Origin: Candidatus Woesearchaeota archaeon
GTDB lineage: Archaea; Nanobdellota; Nanobdellia; Parvarchaeales; Parvarchaeaceae
Direction: 5' to 3'
Assembly: GCA_964641875.1 (NCBI GenBank)
Contig: CAZXLU010000001.1
Coordinates: forward strand, 1-57,134
Length of the DNA stretch: 57,134 nt
Of this stretch, positions 17,060 to 26,983 are shown piece after piece; position 1 is the first letter of the stretch; each line of letters starts with the position of its first letter. The notes under the pieces were generated by a model. That model was not told where the DNA came from, did not search any database, and was given only the letters and a program-made list of their open reading frames with translations. Made by a program: the position numbers and the translations under genes.

Positions 17060-18145
17060 ATGCATCAAACTGAAAATATAAATCCAATAGAAGCGACTCT
17101 AAACAAGCTTTTTTCTACAATAGATGCTCTATCATCTAAGATTGATGAATTAAATGAAAGAGTAGATTATATGGGCTCTTTTATAGGGTTAGAGGTCGGA
17201 GAGGGAGAAAATGCCGAATCTGTTGAGCCTCCTGGACAACTAGCAGGATTATCATTTGACATATTAAATAAGATATTGACTTCTAAAGACGCAAATTCGA
17301 TAAGAGCTTACTTTTTAAGAGTATTAAGTCTCTTCAGAAGATATATAAAATCAATAATAATATTCGGAAGCTCAAAAACTAAGACAAATATGACTACCAC
17401 ATCAGATATAGACGTTGCATTTATAGTAGATGACACGGATATACAGAAATTCACATTAGAACAACTTAGGGATAGACTTTTTGCAAAAATGGCAGAGATA
17501 GCTAGGGATTTTTCAGATAAGATACACGCTCAAGCCTACCCATTATCTGAATTCTGGGGATCCATAATAAAACCCAATCCTGTTATATTAACCCTTTTGA
17601 GAGACGGTGTTGCAGTATATGACACAGGTTTCTTCGTTCCCATACAGATGTTATACAAAACTGGTAATATAATTCCTACTGTTGAATCAATAAACAACAA
17701 CATAGAAAACGCGGAAGGCCTTTTAATGCTTGCTGAAAACGTACTTACAACTAAATTAAGCTTAGATGTTTATAATGCAGTAGTAGCTGCTGGCCAAGCA
17801 CTTTTAATGGAATACGGGTATTTACCACCGGTTCCAAAAGAAGTAGCTAAGGAACTTGAGGAGATAGCAGTAAAAAAAGAGAAAGTTCTTGATCATGAAG
17901 ATGTCCAAAAGATAGACGAAATAGTAAAATGGTTCAAAAAGATAGACCATGGAGAAGTGAAAGAGATAACAGGCAATGACTTTGACAAGAGACTTAAAGA
18001 GGCAAAAGAAGTAATAGAAAAAATAACTGGTATAATAGATAAACTAAGAGAAAAGAAAGGAGAAGCTAAACCGGTAATAGACAAAGATTTATTAAAACAA
18101 GCAGACAAGGAAGTAAAAGACAAATACATACAAAGGGAGGCATAA
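17060..18145 (+). CDS. Pol-beta-superfamily nucleotidyltransferase-domain protein
   Basis: IIIFGSSKTKTNMTTTSDIDVAFIVDD is the GS...DxD minimal NTase signature. It is followed by a helical KNTase-C/HEPN-like region and flanked by coiled-coil segments. GGAGG lies upstream of the ATG. Confidence 0.6.
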   Translation: MHQTENINPIEATLNKLFSTIDALSSKIDELNERVDYMGSFIGLEVGEGENAESVEPPGQLAGLSFDILNKILTSKDANSIRAYFLRVLSLFRRYIKSIIIFGSSKTKTNMTTTSDIDVAFIVDDTDIQKFTLEQLRDRLFAKMAEIARDFSDKIHAQAYPLSEFWGSIIKPNPVILTLLRDGVAVYDTGFFVPIQMLYKTGNIIPTVESINNNIENAEGLLMLAENVLTTKLSLDVYNAVVAAGQALLMEYGYLPPVPKEVAKELEEIAVKKEKVLDHEDVQKIDEIVKWFKKIDHGEVKEITGNDFDKRLKEAKEVIEKITGIIDKLREKKGEAKPVIDKDLLKQADKEVKDKYIQREA

Positions 18146-18148
18146 AAT

Positions 18149-18400
18149 ATGACAAAAATATTATCTTATAGAAGAGGAAGAAAAACACAAAAGGTTAATC
18201 AAGCTATAGCATCTATAGACAAAATTGGAAACAGAGAAGAAGCGGCAAAATTCATCGGAAAGAAAGTAGAGATAGCATTTTCAAAATCATCCATAAAAGG
18301 AGTAATAGTAAAGCCTCATGGTAATAAAGGAAAAGTCATAATAAGATTTAGAAGAGGCCTTCCAGGACAAGCAATGAATAAAGAGGTTAAACTCGCTTAA
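18149..18400 (+). CDS. rpl35ae: 50S ribosomal protein L35Ae
   Basis: 83 aa. YRRGRKTQ...EEAAKFIGKKV...GVIVKPHGNKGKVIIRFRRGLPGQA matches the L35Ae pattern. Confidence 0.8.
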   Translation: MTKILSYRRGRKTQKVNQAIASIDKIGNREEAAKFIGKKVEIAFSKSSIKGVIVKPHGNKGKVIIRFRRGLPGQAMNKEVKLA

Positions 18401-19455
18401 TCTTTTAAAGAAGTTATTAAATCTTTAAAACTTAAATTTGTTTTAAACCCTTTTTGTGAAAGCACAGTTCTATCTTTAAATTTTGAAATCTTTTTTTCTT
18501 TTTCTTTGAAAAACGATGCAATCTCTGAAGTAGTGTAATATGAGAAAATATCTTTCTCTTTTAAAAGAGTAGATAAATAATCCTTTAAATCGGTATTTTC
18601 ATTATTTAATTGACTTCCCAAATTTAAAATCATTTTACTAACTACTTGCCTTGAGAATATACTATCCAGCCATAATTTTCCTATTTTTATCATCTTTGAA
18701 CCACAATAATCGCATCTTTCTTCCTCTACCAGAGTCCTTGATGGACATTTGCTGCATTGATATGCATAACCTATCTTTCCAATTTTTCTTGATGATAGAG
18801 AAAAGTAAATTCTTATAAAATTGCCTTCAAAGTTAAAAAGTATTGGCCTAACGTGAATACCTCTTTCTTCAGCAAGCTCTGCGATTCTTTTGATTAATAT
18901 TCTTATCCCAAGTTCATTACTGTAAGAGGTCTTAAGCGACAAAGAAGCATATTTTCTTATGCATGCTCTTTGTGCGCTTCCAAGCAAAGCTGCCGTATCT
19001 GTTGCACTTACCGCAAGTAAACCATCTTTTTTAAGTAGTTTGAATGCATTTTCAACATAAGGTATTGGAGAACCGAATGGATCTATATCTATATAATCAT
19101 AAATCATATCTGATTCATAGAATTTTGCATTTAGATTTGTTATACTTGCCTTTTTATTGAGATTATTTAATTTTAAGTTCTTTAATAAAAACTCGTAAGT
19201 TTTTATATCATTAAAAACGAATGAATCGAAATTCTTCGTTTCTAAAAGAAGCCTAATTCCGCGTACGCCGCTGCCAGAAAACAATTCTAAACCTTTTAGA
19301 TGCCTCTTTTTAATAGCTGAAATCAAAAGAACATTTAAGCTCCTATCAAAAATTCTATTTGAATTATAGAAAACCATCGCTTTCTTAAGTTGGATATCCT
19401 GAGCATAGATCTTTGCCTTACCTTCTTTAAAAATATCCATATCTAGAGAGAACAC
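18397..19455 (-). CDS. trm1: tRNA (guanine26-N2)-dimethyltransferase Trm1
   Basis: ELFSGSGVRGIRLL (SAM site), DIDPFGSPIPYVENA, ATDTAAL, and the C-terminal Zn cluster CSKCPS...CDYCGS. Confidence 0.8.
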   Translation of the reverse strand: MFSLDMDIFKEGKAKIYAQDIQLKKAMVFYNSNRIFDRSLNVLLISAIKKRHLKGLELFSGSGVRGIRLLLETKNFDSFVFNDIKTYEFLLKNLKLNNLNKKASITNLNAKFYESDMIYDYIDIDPFGSPIPYVENAFKLLKKDGLLAVSATDTAALLGSAQRACIRKYASLSLKTSYSNELGIRILIKRIAELAEERGIHVRPILFNFEGNFIRIYFSLSSRKIGKIGYAYQCSKCPSRTLVEEERCDYCGSKMIKIGKLWLDSIFSRQVVSKMILNLGSQLNNENTDLKDYLSTLLKEKDIFSYYTTSEIASFFKEKEKKISKFKDRTVLSQKGFKTNLSFKDLITSLKD

Positions 19456-19480
19456 GAATAAAAATAAACCTTTTTAATAT

Positions 19481-20404
19481 TTAGTCTTCTATCTTAAATC
19501 TTTCTTTCAGATTTAAGACCTTATAAAGCTCTTTATATCTATTTCTTATAGTAACTTCGGTTATTCCAGCGGCTTTTGCAGCATCTCTTTGTGTTTTCTT
19601 TTCTTTATTTATTAATGTAGAAACATAAAGAACGGCTGCAGCTATTCCCATCGGCCCTTTACCACTTGTTAACCCCTTTTCTTCTGCTTCTTTAAGCAAT
19701 TTTACGGCATCTGAAACAGTTTTATTCGAAACGCCCAATTCGGAGGCAAATTTGTAGATATAATCATTAGGTGATGTAGGCAATATTTTTATTCCAAGTT
19801 CTCTGCATAAAAGTCTATAAGCTTTCCCCACTTCTTTTCTTTCAACTTCAAAAGTATCTGATATTTCGTCTAAAGTTATAGGCCTATTATGTTTTCTAGC
19901 GGCCGCATATAAAGCACCTGCTATAACACTTTCCATTGATCTGCCGCGCACTAATCTCCTAGTTATAGCCTCTCTATACATCTTTGCAGCTTCTTCCTGT
20001 ATAATAGTTGAAACATGCAAACGATTACTTGCCCTTCTCAACTCTGTTAAGGCAAATTTAAGATTCCTTTCATAAGCAGTGGATATCCTAGGTTGCCATT
20101 TTCTCAATTTATAAAATGTTCTTCTATTAGAATTCGAAAGTTTTATGGATTCACTTGCTTTCCCAATAACTGTGCTTGTTCCTTTATCGTATTTTGCATA
20201 ACTCAAAGGTGAGCCCATTCTGCCTTTGCTTTCATCTCTTTCATCTTCAAATGAACGCCATTCTCTTCCGTAATCTATCCTATCACTCTCTAGCACATAA
20301 CCACAATTCTGACAGACCAACTCCCCGGTCGACTTGTCATATATAACAGAGTCACTACCACAGGATGGACATTTAGTATTATACTTACTTGTTACTACTT
20401 TCAT
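19481..20404 (-). CDS. tfb: Transcription initiation factor B (TFB)
   Basis: Zn ribbon CPSCGSDSVIYDKSTGELVCQNCG, the B-reader/linker REWRSF, and two cyclin-fold repeats. I prefer the start MKVVTSKY at 20404. The track start is 20428. Confidence 0.85.
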   Translation of the reverse strand: MKVVTSKYNTKCPSCGSDSVIYDKSTGELVCQNCGYVLESDRIDYGREWRSFEDERDESKGRMGSPLSYAKYDKGTSTVIGKASESIKLSNSNRRTFYKLRKWQPRISTAYERNLKFALTELRRASNRLHVSTIIQEEAAKMYREAITRRLVRGRSMESVIAGALYAAARKHNRPITLDEISDTFEVERKEVGKAYRLLCRELGIKILPTSPNDYIYKFASELGVSNKTVSDAVKLLKEAEEKGLTSGKGPMGIAAAVLYVSTLINKEKKTQRDAAKAAGITEVTIRNRYKELYKVLNLKERFKIED

Positions 20405-20547
20405 AAGATTTATATAGTAAGAACACAATTAGTATATAAAGATTTCTATTTTCAAGAGTTTTAGGCTTTTTGAACTAAAATTACCAATATACTAATAATT
20501 TTTGTATTCTTATAAAAATAATTTATAGTTTTTGATAGTTATAATAA

Positions 20548-22293
20548 TTAAGCAATGCTACCGAAAGAAACGGAAGGCATTGCCCCGCTTGGAGGATAAG
20601 ATCTCGCTATCAACCACTTAATATAGTTGTAATCATAACCACCACCACTGCCTGCAGCAACCATTAAAGTAGGGTAATTAAAAGCACTTGGAATACTACC
20701 ACTCATATCTAAAGGTATGTTAATATTAGAGAAGTTTTCTAATGAACTAGCTTGATTTATAACACCTGCTTCAGCTTGAGTACTTGTTGAGACAATTAAT
20801 TCTTCGGTATAAGTTTGCGGAGTAGTTGAAGGCAAGTTATTTACTGTTGATATTATCTTATTATCCTGACTATCTAAAATTACAGGTATATAACTTCCGC
20901 TACAATTCATACCGATTGGTTCAACCATCAACATTACAGAGCCACTAGAAGCTACATTGCCACCACCACAAGTTACAACAGGAGGACCAACTAGAGAATT
21001 AACATTTCCAAATAACGATAATATCTCCCCATCTGTTGGACTTGTTCCACCATAAAAATTCCAAGAGTATTCCACTATGCTTGGAATCTCAGGCATAGGT
21101 TTAGGAGGTAAAATATGAGTGCCTTCACTACCTATGTCATTTATCATCTCTATCCCTTGTGATGAAGGTGTTGGAGAAAAAGATCCACTAGTAACATAAC
21201 CAGTCCAACCATCAAAACCTGCACTTCCTAAGAAATCTCCATATTCTAAAAATACATCTTGTCCATCATCGTATTCTGCGTATGTAGAAGAAAGTTGAGG
21301 GGCTTCTCCCGTGTTTACCGTGTTTAAAACATTTTCATTCTGCGGGAAAAAATCCATATAAACTGTTGTTGAAGTAAAACTGCCCAATTTAAGCCAATAA
21401 GTTACCACTTGATTATTAGATGTACCATTTTCTCTCCAACTTGGGATTACAGTTGAATTTGGATACAAAAATTCTATGTTCTGTAAGTTAGAGTTTGCGT
21501 ATGAATTGTAATCCTGCATATTTACTGTTACTTCTTGCTGAAATGGATTTGGAGTTGCAGATGAAGAAGTTATAGTCAAAGGAACGTAAGCTATTGGTTG
21601 TTGAGCTGAAACGCATTGAGAGGCATAATCTCCAGAGCTTGAAGGCGTTACTTCAATAACATACTCGGGATAGTAAGCAGAAGCAGTTACTGATCCCGAA
21701 GCTGTACTTGGCGATGAAGAAGAAGTAGATGAGACTGTACTTCCAAGATAAACCCCGTTTGTTGATAAAACACTAATATTAAATGTAACTGGAGAAGTCA
21801 CTGGTTGAAAAGAGTAGTTATAAAATTCTAAATTGTATGATATTTTAGTGCCTGAAACACTGTAGGACTGGGAGATAAAAGAGATAGCAAATCTTAAGCC
21901 CAATACTACTTGCCCATTAACAGACTTAACAAATGCATCATACGTTCCTCCAGTCAAAGGTAGCATTCCAGATATATTTTCTGCAGGTTTGGCTACTCCC
22001 AATTCCGTAGTAGTCTGAAGTTTTATTATGTCACCACACAAAAAAGAATCTTTTTGCTGCAATAAAGGTATAGTTATAGGAAAAGCTTGCATAGAACCTA
22101 CTCCTTGAGAAGAAACGTAATCAGCCTCCTTTGAAATTGAACCAGCAACGTTCTTTATCTGACTTGCTGATGAACTTGATGAAAAAGAACCATAAAAAAG
22201 CATTACATAGATGAGAAAAGATGCTATTATAGCTACCCCTATTCCGATTATTATAACATATTCTGTCGAGTACTGTGCCTTATTTGATAGCAT
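20548..22293 (-). CDS. Large class III signal peptide protein with DUF2341-like and LamG-like regions
   Basis: MLSNKAQYSTEYVIIIGIGVAIIASFLIYV has A/Q cleavage and Glu at +5 followed by Tyr. There is a Ser/Thr-rich linker. NIEFLYPNSTVIPSWRENGTSNNQVVTYWLKLGSFTSTTVYMDFF fits the DUF2341 pattern (DiRF.d..g..l.y.iE.w......vWVk). It is followed by DVFLEYGDF...WTG. Confidence 0.6.
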   Translation of the reverse strand: MLSNKAQYSTEYVIIIGIGVAIIASFLIYVMLFYGSFSSSSSASQIKNVAGSISKEADYVSSQGVGSMQAFPITIPLLQQKDSFLCGDIIKLQTTTELGVAKPAENISGMLPLTGGTYDAFVKSVNGQVVLGLRFAISFISQSYSVSGTKISYNLEFYNYSFQPVTSPVTFNISVLSTNGVYLGSTVSSTSSSSPSTASGSVTASAYYPEYVIEVTPSSSGDYASQCVSAQQPIAYVPLTITSSSATPNPFQQEVTVNMQDYNSYANSNLQNIEFLYPNSTVIPSWRENGTSNNQVVTYWLKLGSFTSTTVYMDFFPQNENVLNTVNTGEAPQLSSTYAEYDDGQDVFLEYGDFLGSAGFDGWTGYVTSGSFSPTPSSQGIEMINDIGSEGTHILPPKPMPEIPSIVEYSWNFYGGTSPTDGEILSLFGNVNSLVGPPVVTCGGGNVASSGSVMLMVEPIGMNCSGSYIPVILDSQDNKIISTVNNLPSTTPQTYTEELIVSTSTQAEAGVINQASSLENFSNINIPLDMSGSIPSAFNYPTLMVAAGSGGGYDYNYIKWLIARSYPPSGAMPSVSFGSIA

Positions 22294-22330
22294 ATTTATT
22301 AATATAGTTCATCAAAGTATTAAATATTAA

Positions 22331-23476
22331 ATGGAACGGAGTAATAAGACAAAAATTGCGATTTTTGTTCCTTGGATAAAAAGTAAGGGAGGAGTTGAAC
22401 GTACAATACTCAGATTTATAGAAGATAAAAAGTACGAATGGGATATCTATACATTTTTTTATGATAAAAATAAAACATTTCAAGAATTTCAGAAATTCAA
22501 TGTTATACTAATCGGACAAGCAAAAACAGAAGGATTCTTTGCAAAAGGGATAAATCTTTTTTTAAAACTTATATTCACAAAAATAGAAAACATTGAAGAT
22601 TATGATATATTTATTGTATCTACTGCGGGGATAGCAGAGTTCATAACATTTAGAAATAAAAACAAAAAAACCATTGCCTTGTGCCATACTCCCTTAAGGG
22701 TTGCACATACAATGTATGAGTACTACAAGAGTCAAAGCTTAAGAAACAAGCTGACTTTACCAATAATAATACCCTTTTATAGGAAGCTTGAAAAAATGGC
22801 ATGGAAGAGAATCAATTATGCGATAGTCTTAAGTCAAGAAGTAAAAAAAAGGATAATACAATACCAGCTTTTGAAAGAAAACAAAATATTTAACATAGGG
22901 CCTTCTGTAAACTACTCAAAGATAAAAAACAAAAATATAAAGACGAAGAAAATTATATTTTATCCAAGCAGATTTATAAGGTATAAAAGACAGGATCTTG
23001 CAGTAAAAGCATTCAATCTTTCTGGTATATCAAAACGGGGCTTTAAATTGATTATGGCTGGATTCGTTGAAGATAAAGAATACTTCAAAGAAATAAAATC
23101 AATGGAAAATGAATCTATCTCTGTAGTAGGCAATATAACTGAAGAAAAACTAAATGAGATATACAGCAACTGTTATGCAACACTTTTCTTAGCGATAAAT
23201 GAAGATACTGGCTTAACACCTTTAGAATCATTGGCCTATGGCAAGCCTGTAATCTCTGTAAATGAAGGAGGGCCAACAGAATTTATAAAAAACGAAGTAA
23301 ATGGCCTGCTTGTTAATGCTGATGAAAAAGATATAGCAGACGCACTAAAAAATATAACAAATAAGAAATTATACAATAAGCTTAAAAATGGTGCAAAAAA
23401 ATCTAAAAGATATGATGAAAGAAATTCAATTAAAAAAATAGACCAAGCTATAGATGAGATAATTAAAAAAGTATAA
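22331..23476 (+). CDS. GT-B retaining glycosyltransferase (GT4-like)
   Basis: N-terminal IAIFVPWIKSKGGVERT. The C-terminal EDTGLTPLESLAYGKPVISVNEGGPTEFI contains the E-x7-E motif. Confidence 0.75.
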   Translation: MERSNKTKIAIFVPWIKSKGGVERTILRFIEDKKYEWDIYTFFYDKNKTFQEFQKFNVILIGQAKTEGFFAKGINLFLKLIFTKIENIEDYDIFIVSTAGIAEFITFRNKNKKTIALCHTPLRVAHTMYEYYKSQSLRNKLTLPIIIPFYRKLEKMAWKRINYAIVLSQEVKKRIIQYQLLKENKIFNIGPSVNYSKIKNKNIKTKKIIFYPSRFIRYKRQDLAVKAFNLSGISKRGFKLIMAGFVEDKEYFKEIKSMENESISVVGNITEEKLNEIYSNCYATLFLAINEDTGLTPLESLAYGKPVISVNEGGPTEFIKNEVNGLLVNADEKDIADALKNITNKKLYNKLKNGAKKSKRYDERNSIKKIDQAIDEIIKKV

Positions 23477-23507
23477 ATTTATAAAGTAATACATAATATG
23501 AATTAAT

Positions 23508-24329
23508 ATGAAAGAAAGGGTCACGATAACAATTAATAAGAAAACTTTAGAAAAAATAGATAAAACTGTCGATGGAATAAACATTCCTAATAGATCTATA
23601 GCTATCGAAAGAATAGTAAAAGAATATTTCGAACCTACTAAAAGCAAAACTGCACTTATACTTGCAGGGGGTTCTGGAACTAGATTAAGACCACTGACAT
23701 ATGAAATGCCCAAACCTATGATGCCAGTAAACGGCAGACCGATACTTGAGCATATAATTGAACAATTAAAAAAGGCAGAATTCTTAGACATAATAATATC
23801 TGTTGGTTATCTTGGAAGTAAGATACATGAATATTTTGGGGATGGAAGTAAATTTGGAGTAAGAATAAGATATTCTGAAGAGACCATTCCTATGGGAACT
23901 GGTGGTGCTATAAAAAAGAATCAGAATTTATTTCATGATGATTTCATCGTTTTAAATGGTGACAACTTATTCGACTTTGATCTAAACAAGATATATGAAT
24001 TCCACAAGAAAGAAAAAGTAATGGCTACAATAGGATTAGTTTTCCAAGAGGACGTTTCACAATTTGGAGTTGCAGAAATGGAAGGAAATAGAATAGTAAG
24101 ATTCATAGAAAAACCAAAAACTGAACAAGTTTCACATTTGGTTAACGCAGGGGTGTATGTATTAAACCCATCTTTTTTAAACTTTATCCCACAGGGGGAA
24201 TCAAACATATCAAAAGTATTTGAAAAGGCCGCTGAAAAAAGGATGATTGACGGATTTATATATTCTGGCAAATGGTTACCATGCGATAATATGGAACTCT
24301 ATGAAAAAGCAATAAAGAATTGGCCTTAA
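23508..24329 (+). CDS. Sugar-1-phosphate nucleotidyltransferase with N-terminal ribbon-helix-helix extension
   Basis: LILAGGSGTRLRPLTYEMPKPMMPV is the GxGTRL signature. It is preceded by about 45 aa, MKERVTITINKKTLEKIDKTVD...NRSIAIERIVKEYF, that fit the CopG/Arc RHH pattern. Confidence 0.7.
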   Translation: MKERVTITINKKTLEKIDKTVDGINIPNRSIAIERIVKEYFEPTKSKTALILAGGSGTRLRPLTYEMPKPMMPVNGRPILEHIIEQLKKAEFLDIIISVGYLGSKIHEYFGDGSKFGVRIRYSEETIPMGTGGAIKKNQNLFHDDFIVLNGDNLFDFDLNKIYEFHKKEKVMATIGLVFQEDVSQFGVAEMEGNRIVRFIEKPKTEQVSHLVNAGVYVLNPSFLNFIPQGESNISKVFEKAAEKRMIDGFIYSGKWLPCDNMELYEKAIKNWP

Positions 24330-26038
24330 AGTCCTTTTATTTTTCTTATCTCTAACATTGCATCAGTATAATCCTGAGAAAGCTCAGCGGATAATTCATC
24401 AAATTTAATTATATCTGGCAATTCTATGTCCGTATAAAGTATATCTCCTTCGAATATATTTCTACCACAAACAGCATTATCTATACTGATTGCAATTTTG
24501 TCTCCTTTTATAGCGCTTGTAAGTTTAGCTTTATCTGATTGGATATCCTGTATTCTACCCAATCTTTGTCCTTTTGAATTAATTATAGGGTAATTTGGTC
24601 TTATTTCGCCGGCAAGGATCTCTGCACCAAAAACGCAGGGGGCAGAACGTCTAAAAATGTTCCCGCTCAGAAATACAAATTTTCCAGGCAGGTTTAGTCT
24701 GCTCTTCTTTTTCTCTAAACTCATATCCTTTGATTCTTTTTGGAATTGTATATAACTATCAAACAATGTATAAATTGAATTTGAGCTTATAATCTTAACA
24801 GAATAATCATTAGCAATTGCCTCTATTTGTTTCGACACTGGAACATTGAAACACAAGATTACTCCTTCATTAACACTTGCTGTGCTTATATCTGTCTTTG
24901 AAGGCTCTCCGACCTTGGTTTTTCCTATTTTTATGTTTTGAGATTCTGCAATCTTTTTTATAGCATCTATACTACCGAGAGAATCTGCACATGTCACAAT
25001 GCCAACACTTTTATCATTATTGTAGCTGTTATCCCCTTTCAATGCTTCTATTAACTGTTGTTTTTCCTCCCCGCTATAAAATACGGTTGCTGATGTGCCT
25101 ATCATTGCATTCGCTTCCTGGAGAATTAATCTTATCGGACAAGTTGCTTCTGCTTCTTGAATACTTTCGTACTTTCCAAAGTTTTCTCTGCTCTCCTCTA
25201 GGGGAATTAAACGCATTATGCCCTTTATTTTATTTTCTGACGGCCCATCCAGAGTATTAACTATTACCCTGTCTCCAACTTTTATTTTACCGGAATAAAC
25301 TATTGAATCGTATACTTTTCCTATGCCTTTAACGTTTTTTTCCTCAAGTATAGCTACACTATTTTTATCTTGTTTCGCTAAATCTATATATCTTTGACTA
25401 AGGCCTATCAACATTACCACAAGATCTTTTATACCTATACCTTTAACTGCCGACAAAGGCACAATTGCAACTTCCTTTGTAAAGTCCTTCACTCTGTCGT
25501 ATCTTTCTACTTGAAAATTGTATACTGATAAATCTAAAGCAAGTTTATATATCTTCTCATCCAAAAACTGCTTGTAAGTTTCATTCTGTTTTTCTATAAA
25601 GTTCAAAAAGGAGGAATTTTCTATACTGAAAAAACCTCTTATCGTGTCTATCTTCGTTAAGGCAATTATAAATGGGGTTCTATATGACTTAAGAATTTCT
25701 ATTGATTCTATAGTTTGATTTTGTATTCCTTCAGTTACATCTATAGTCAAAATAGCTATATCTGCTATAGAAGCTCCCCTCTCCCTTAAGGTAACAAATG
25801 CTTCATGCCCTGGAGAATCAATAAACAATATACTTGGAACTTTTACATCTATATTAAACTTCGTTAAAATGTCCCCCGCTATGTCTTTTATCCTATCTGT
25901 AGGAACTTCTGTGACACCAATATTTTGTGTAAGCCCACCACTTTCTTTGTAAGCAGACATAGTATTTCTTATAGCATCCATTATGCTAGTTTTCCCGGCA
26001 TCAACATGTCCTAAAAATGCACATATGGGAGATTTCAT
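24326..26038 (-). CDS. infB: Translation initiation factor aIF5B (IF2 homologue)
   Basis: SPICAFLGHVDAGKTS (G1), IDSPGHEAF (G3), LTKID (G4). At 570 aa the length fits a four-domain aIF5B. Confidence 0.85.
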   Translation of the reverse strand: MKSPICAFLGHVDAGKTSIMDAIRNTMSAYKESGGLTQNIGVTEVPTDRIKDIAGDILTKFNIDVKVPSILFIDSPGHEAFVTLRERGASIADIAILTIDVTEGIQNQTIESIEILKSYRTPFIIALTKIDTIRGFFSIENSSFLNFIEKQNETYKQFLDEKIYKLALDLSVYNFQVERYDRVKDFTKEVAIVPLSAVKGIGIKDLVVMLIGLSQRYIDLAKQDKNSVAILEEKNVKGIGKVYDSIVYSGKIKVGDRVIVNTLDGPSENKIKGIMRLIPLEESRENFGKYESIQEAEATCPIRLILQEANAMIGTSATVFYSGEEKQQLIEALKGDNSYNNDKSVGIVTCADSLGSIDAIKKIAESQNIKIGKTKVGEPSKTDISTASVNEGVILCFNVPVSKQIEAIANDYSVKIISSNSIYTLFDSYIQFQKESKDMSLEKKKSRLNLPGKFVFLSGNIFRRSAPCVFGAEILAGEIRPNYPIINSKGQRLGRIQDIQSDKAKLTSAIKGDKIAISIDNAVCGRNIFEGDILYTDIELPDIIKFDELSAELSQDYTDAMLEIRKIKGL

Positions 26039-26154
26039 ATACTTTCACCTTTAAATGTATTTTAATGAATTTAATAACTAATAAATTTACCTACTTTACT
26101 TTTAATGAAAAATAAGATAGATACACTTATATTTTAGTCTTTACTGTAAAAATA

Positions 26155-26823
26155 ATGGAAGAGATGCTTATTTTACTTAAACCTGATGGAATAGTTAGAA
26201 GATATGCTGGAGCAAGAGCTCTAAAAAGCATTTTAGAACTAAACCCTGACATAAACTTCTTTGGCATAATAAAATTTAGCAATATAGAAGAACCGGAAAA
26301 GAGTTTTCTTTCAGAAAAACATTATGGGGAGCACAAAGGCAAGTTTTTCTATGAAAACTTAGTCAACTTCATGAGCTCAACAGAATTGGGTGTTATTATA
26401 ATCTCAGGAGAAAACATAGTTGAAAAAGTGAGGAATCTCCTGGGAAAGACAATGTGTGAGAAAGCAGATCCTCTATCTATAAGAGGCAGATATGGAACAA
26501 CAAAAGGGATAAATTTAGTGCATGCATCAGATAGCAATGAAACTGCCAAAAGGGAAGTTGACTTATGGAGAGAAATGCTAAAGATAGATACAAATAAGGA
26601 TTACGCCCTTGAAATGATGGAATATATAAAAAAATACGAGAATTTTCCAATGATAGATTCACTAAGATATAGAGAGATAAGTAAGGACGTATCCGAAGGC
26701 AAAATTGACAAACAAACAGCGGAAAAATTATTCCTTGAATTAATTTCAAAAGAAACTGATTTCGATAAAGAAAAAATAAAAGAGTTACCTAGGCTAATAA
26801 TAGAGAATATCCTTCTTGGATAA
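26155..26823 (+). CDS. ndk: Nucleoside diphosphate kinase-like protein with C-terminal extension
   Basis: LLKPDG, HYGEHKGKFFYENLVNFM, IRGRYG, and NLVHASDS containing the active-site His. It carries about 70 extra C-terminal residues. Confidence 0.65.
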   Translation: MEEMLILLKPDGIVRRYAGARALKSILELNPDINFFGIIKFSNIEEPEKSFLSEKHYGEHKGKFFYENLVNFMSSTELGVIIISGENIVEKVRNLLGKTMCEKADPLSIRGRYGTTKGINLVHASDSNETAKREVDLWREMLKIDTNKDYALEMMEYIKKYENFPMIDSLRYREISKDVSEGKIDKQTAEKLFLELISKETDFDKEKIKELPRLIIENILLG

Positions 26824-26983
26824 ACCATGTCTGAGATAAGTGTAAAAATATGACTTTTATGGCATTTAATTAGCGATATCTTGTTTAATGCTTTACAAAC
26901 CAAGTATATAGTTCGATTTATTACATTAAACTTTTGTAACTTTACTTATAAAAAATGCAAGCTTAGAAATTCAATAAAAACTA

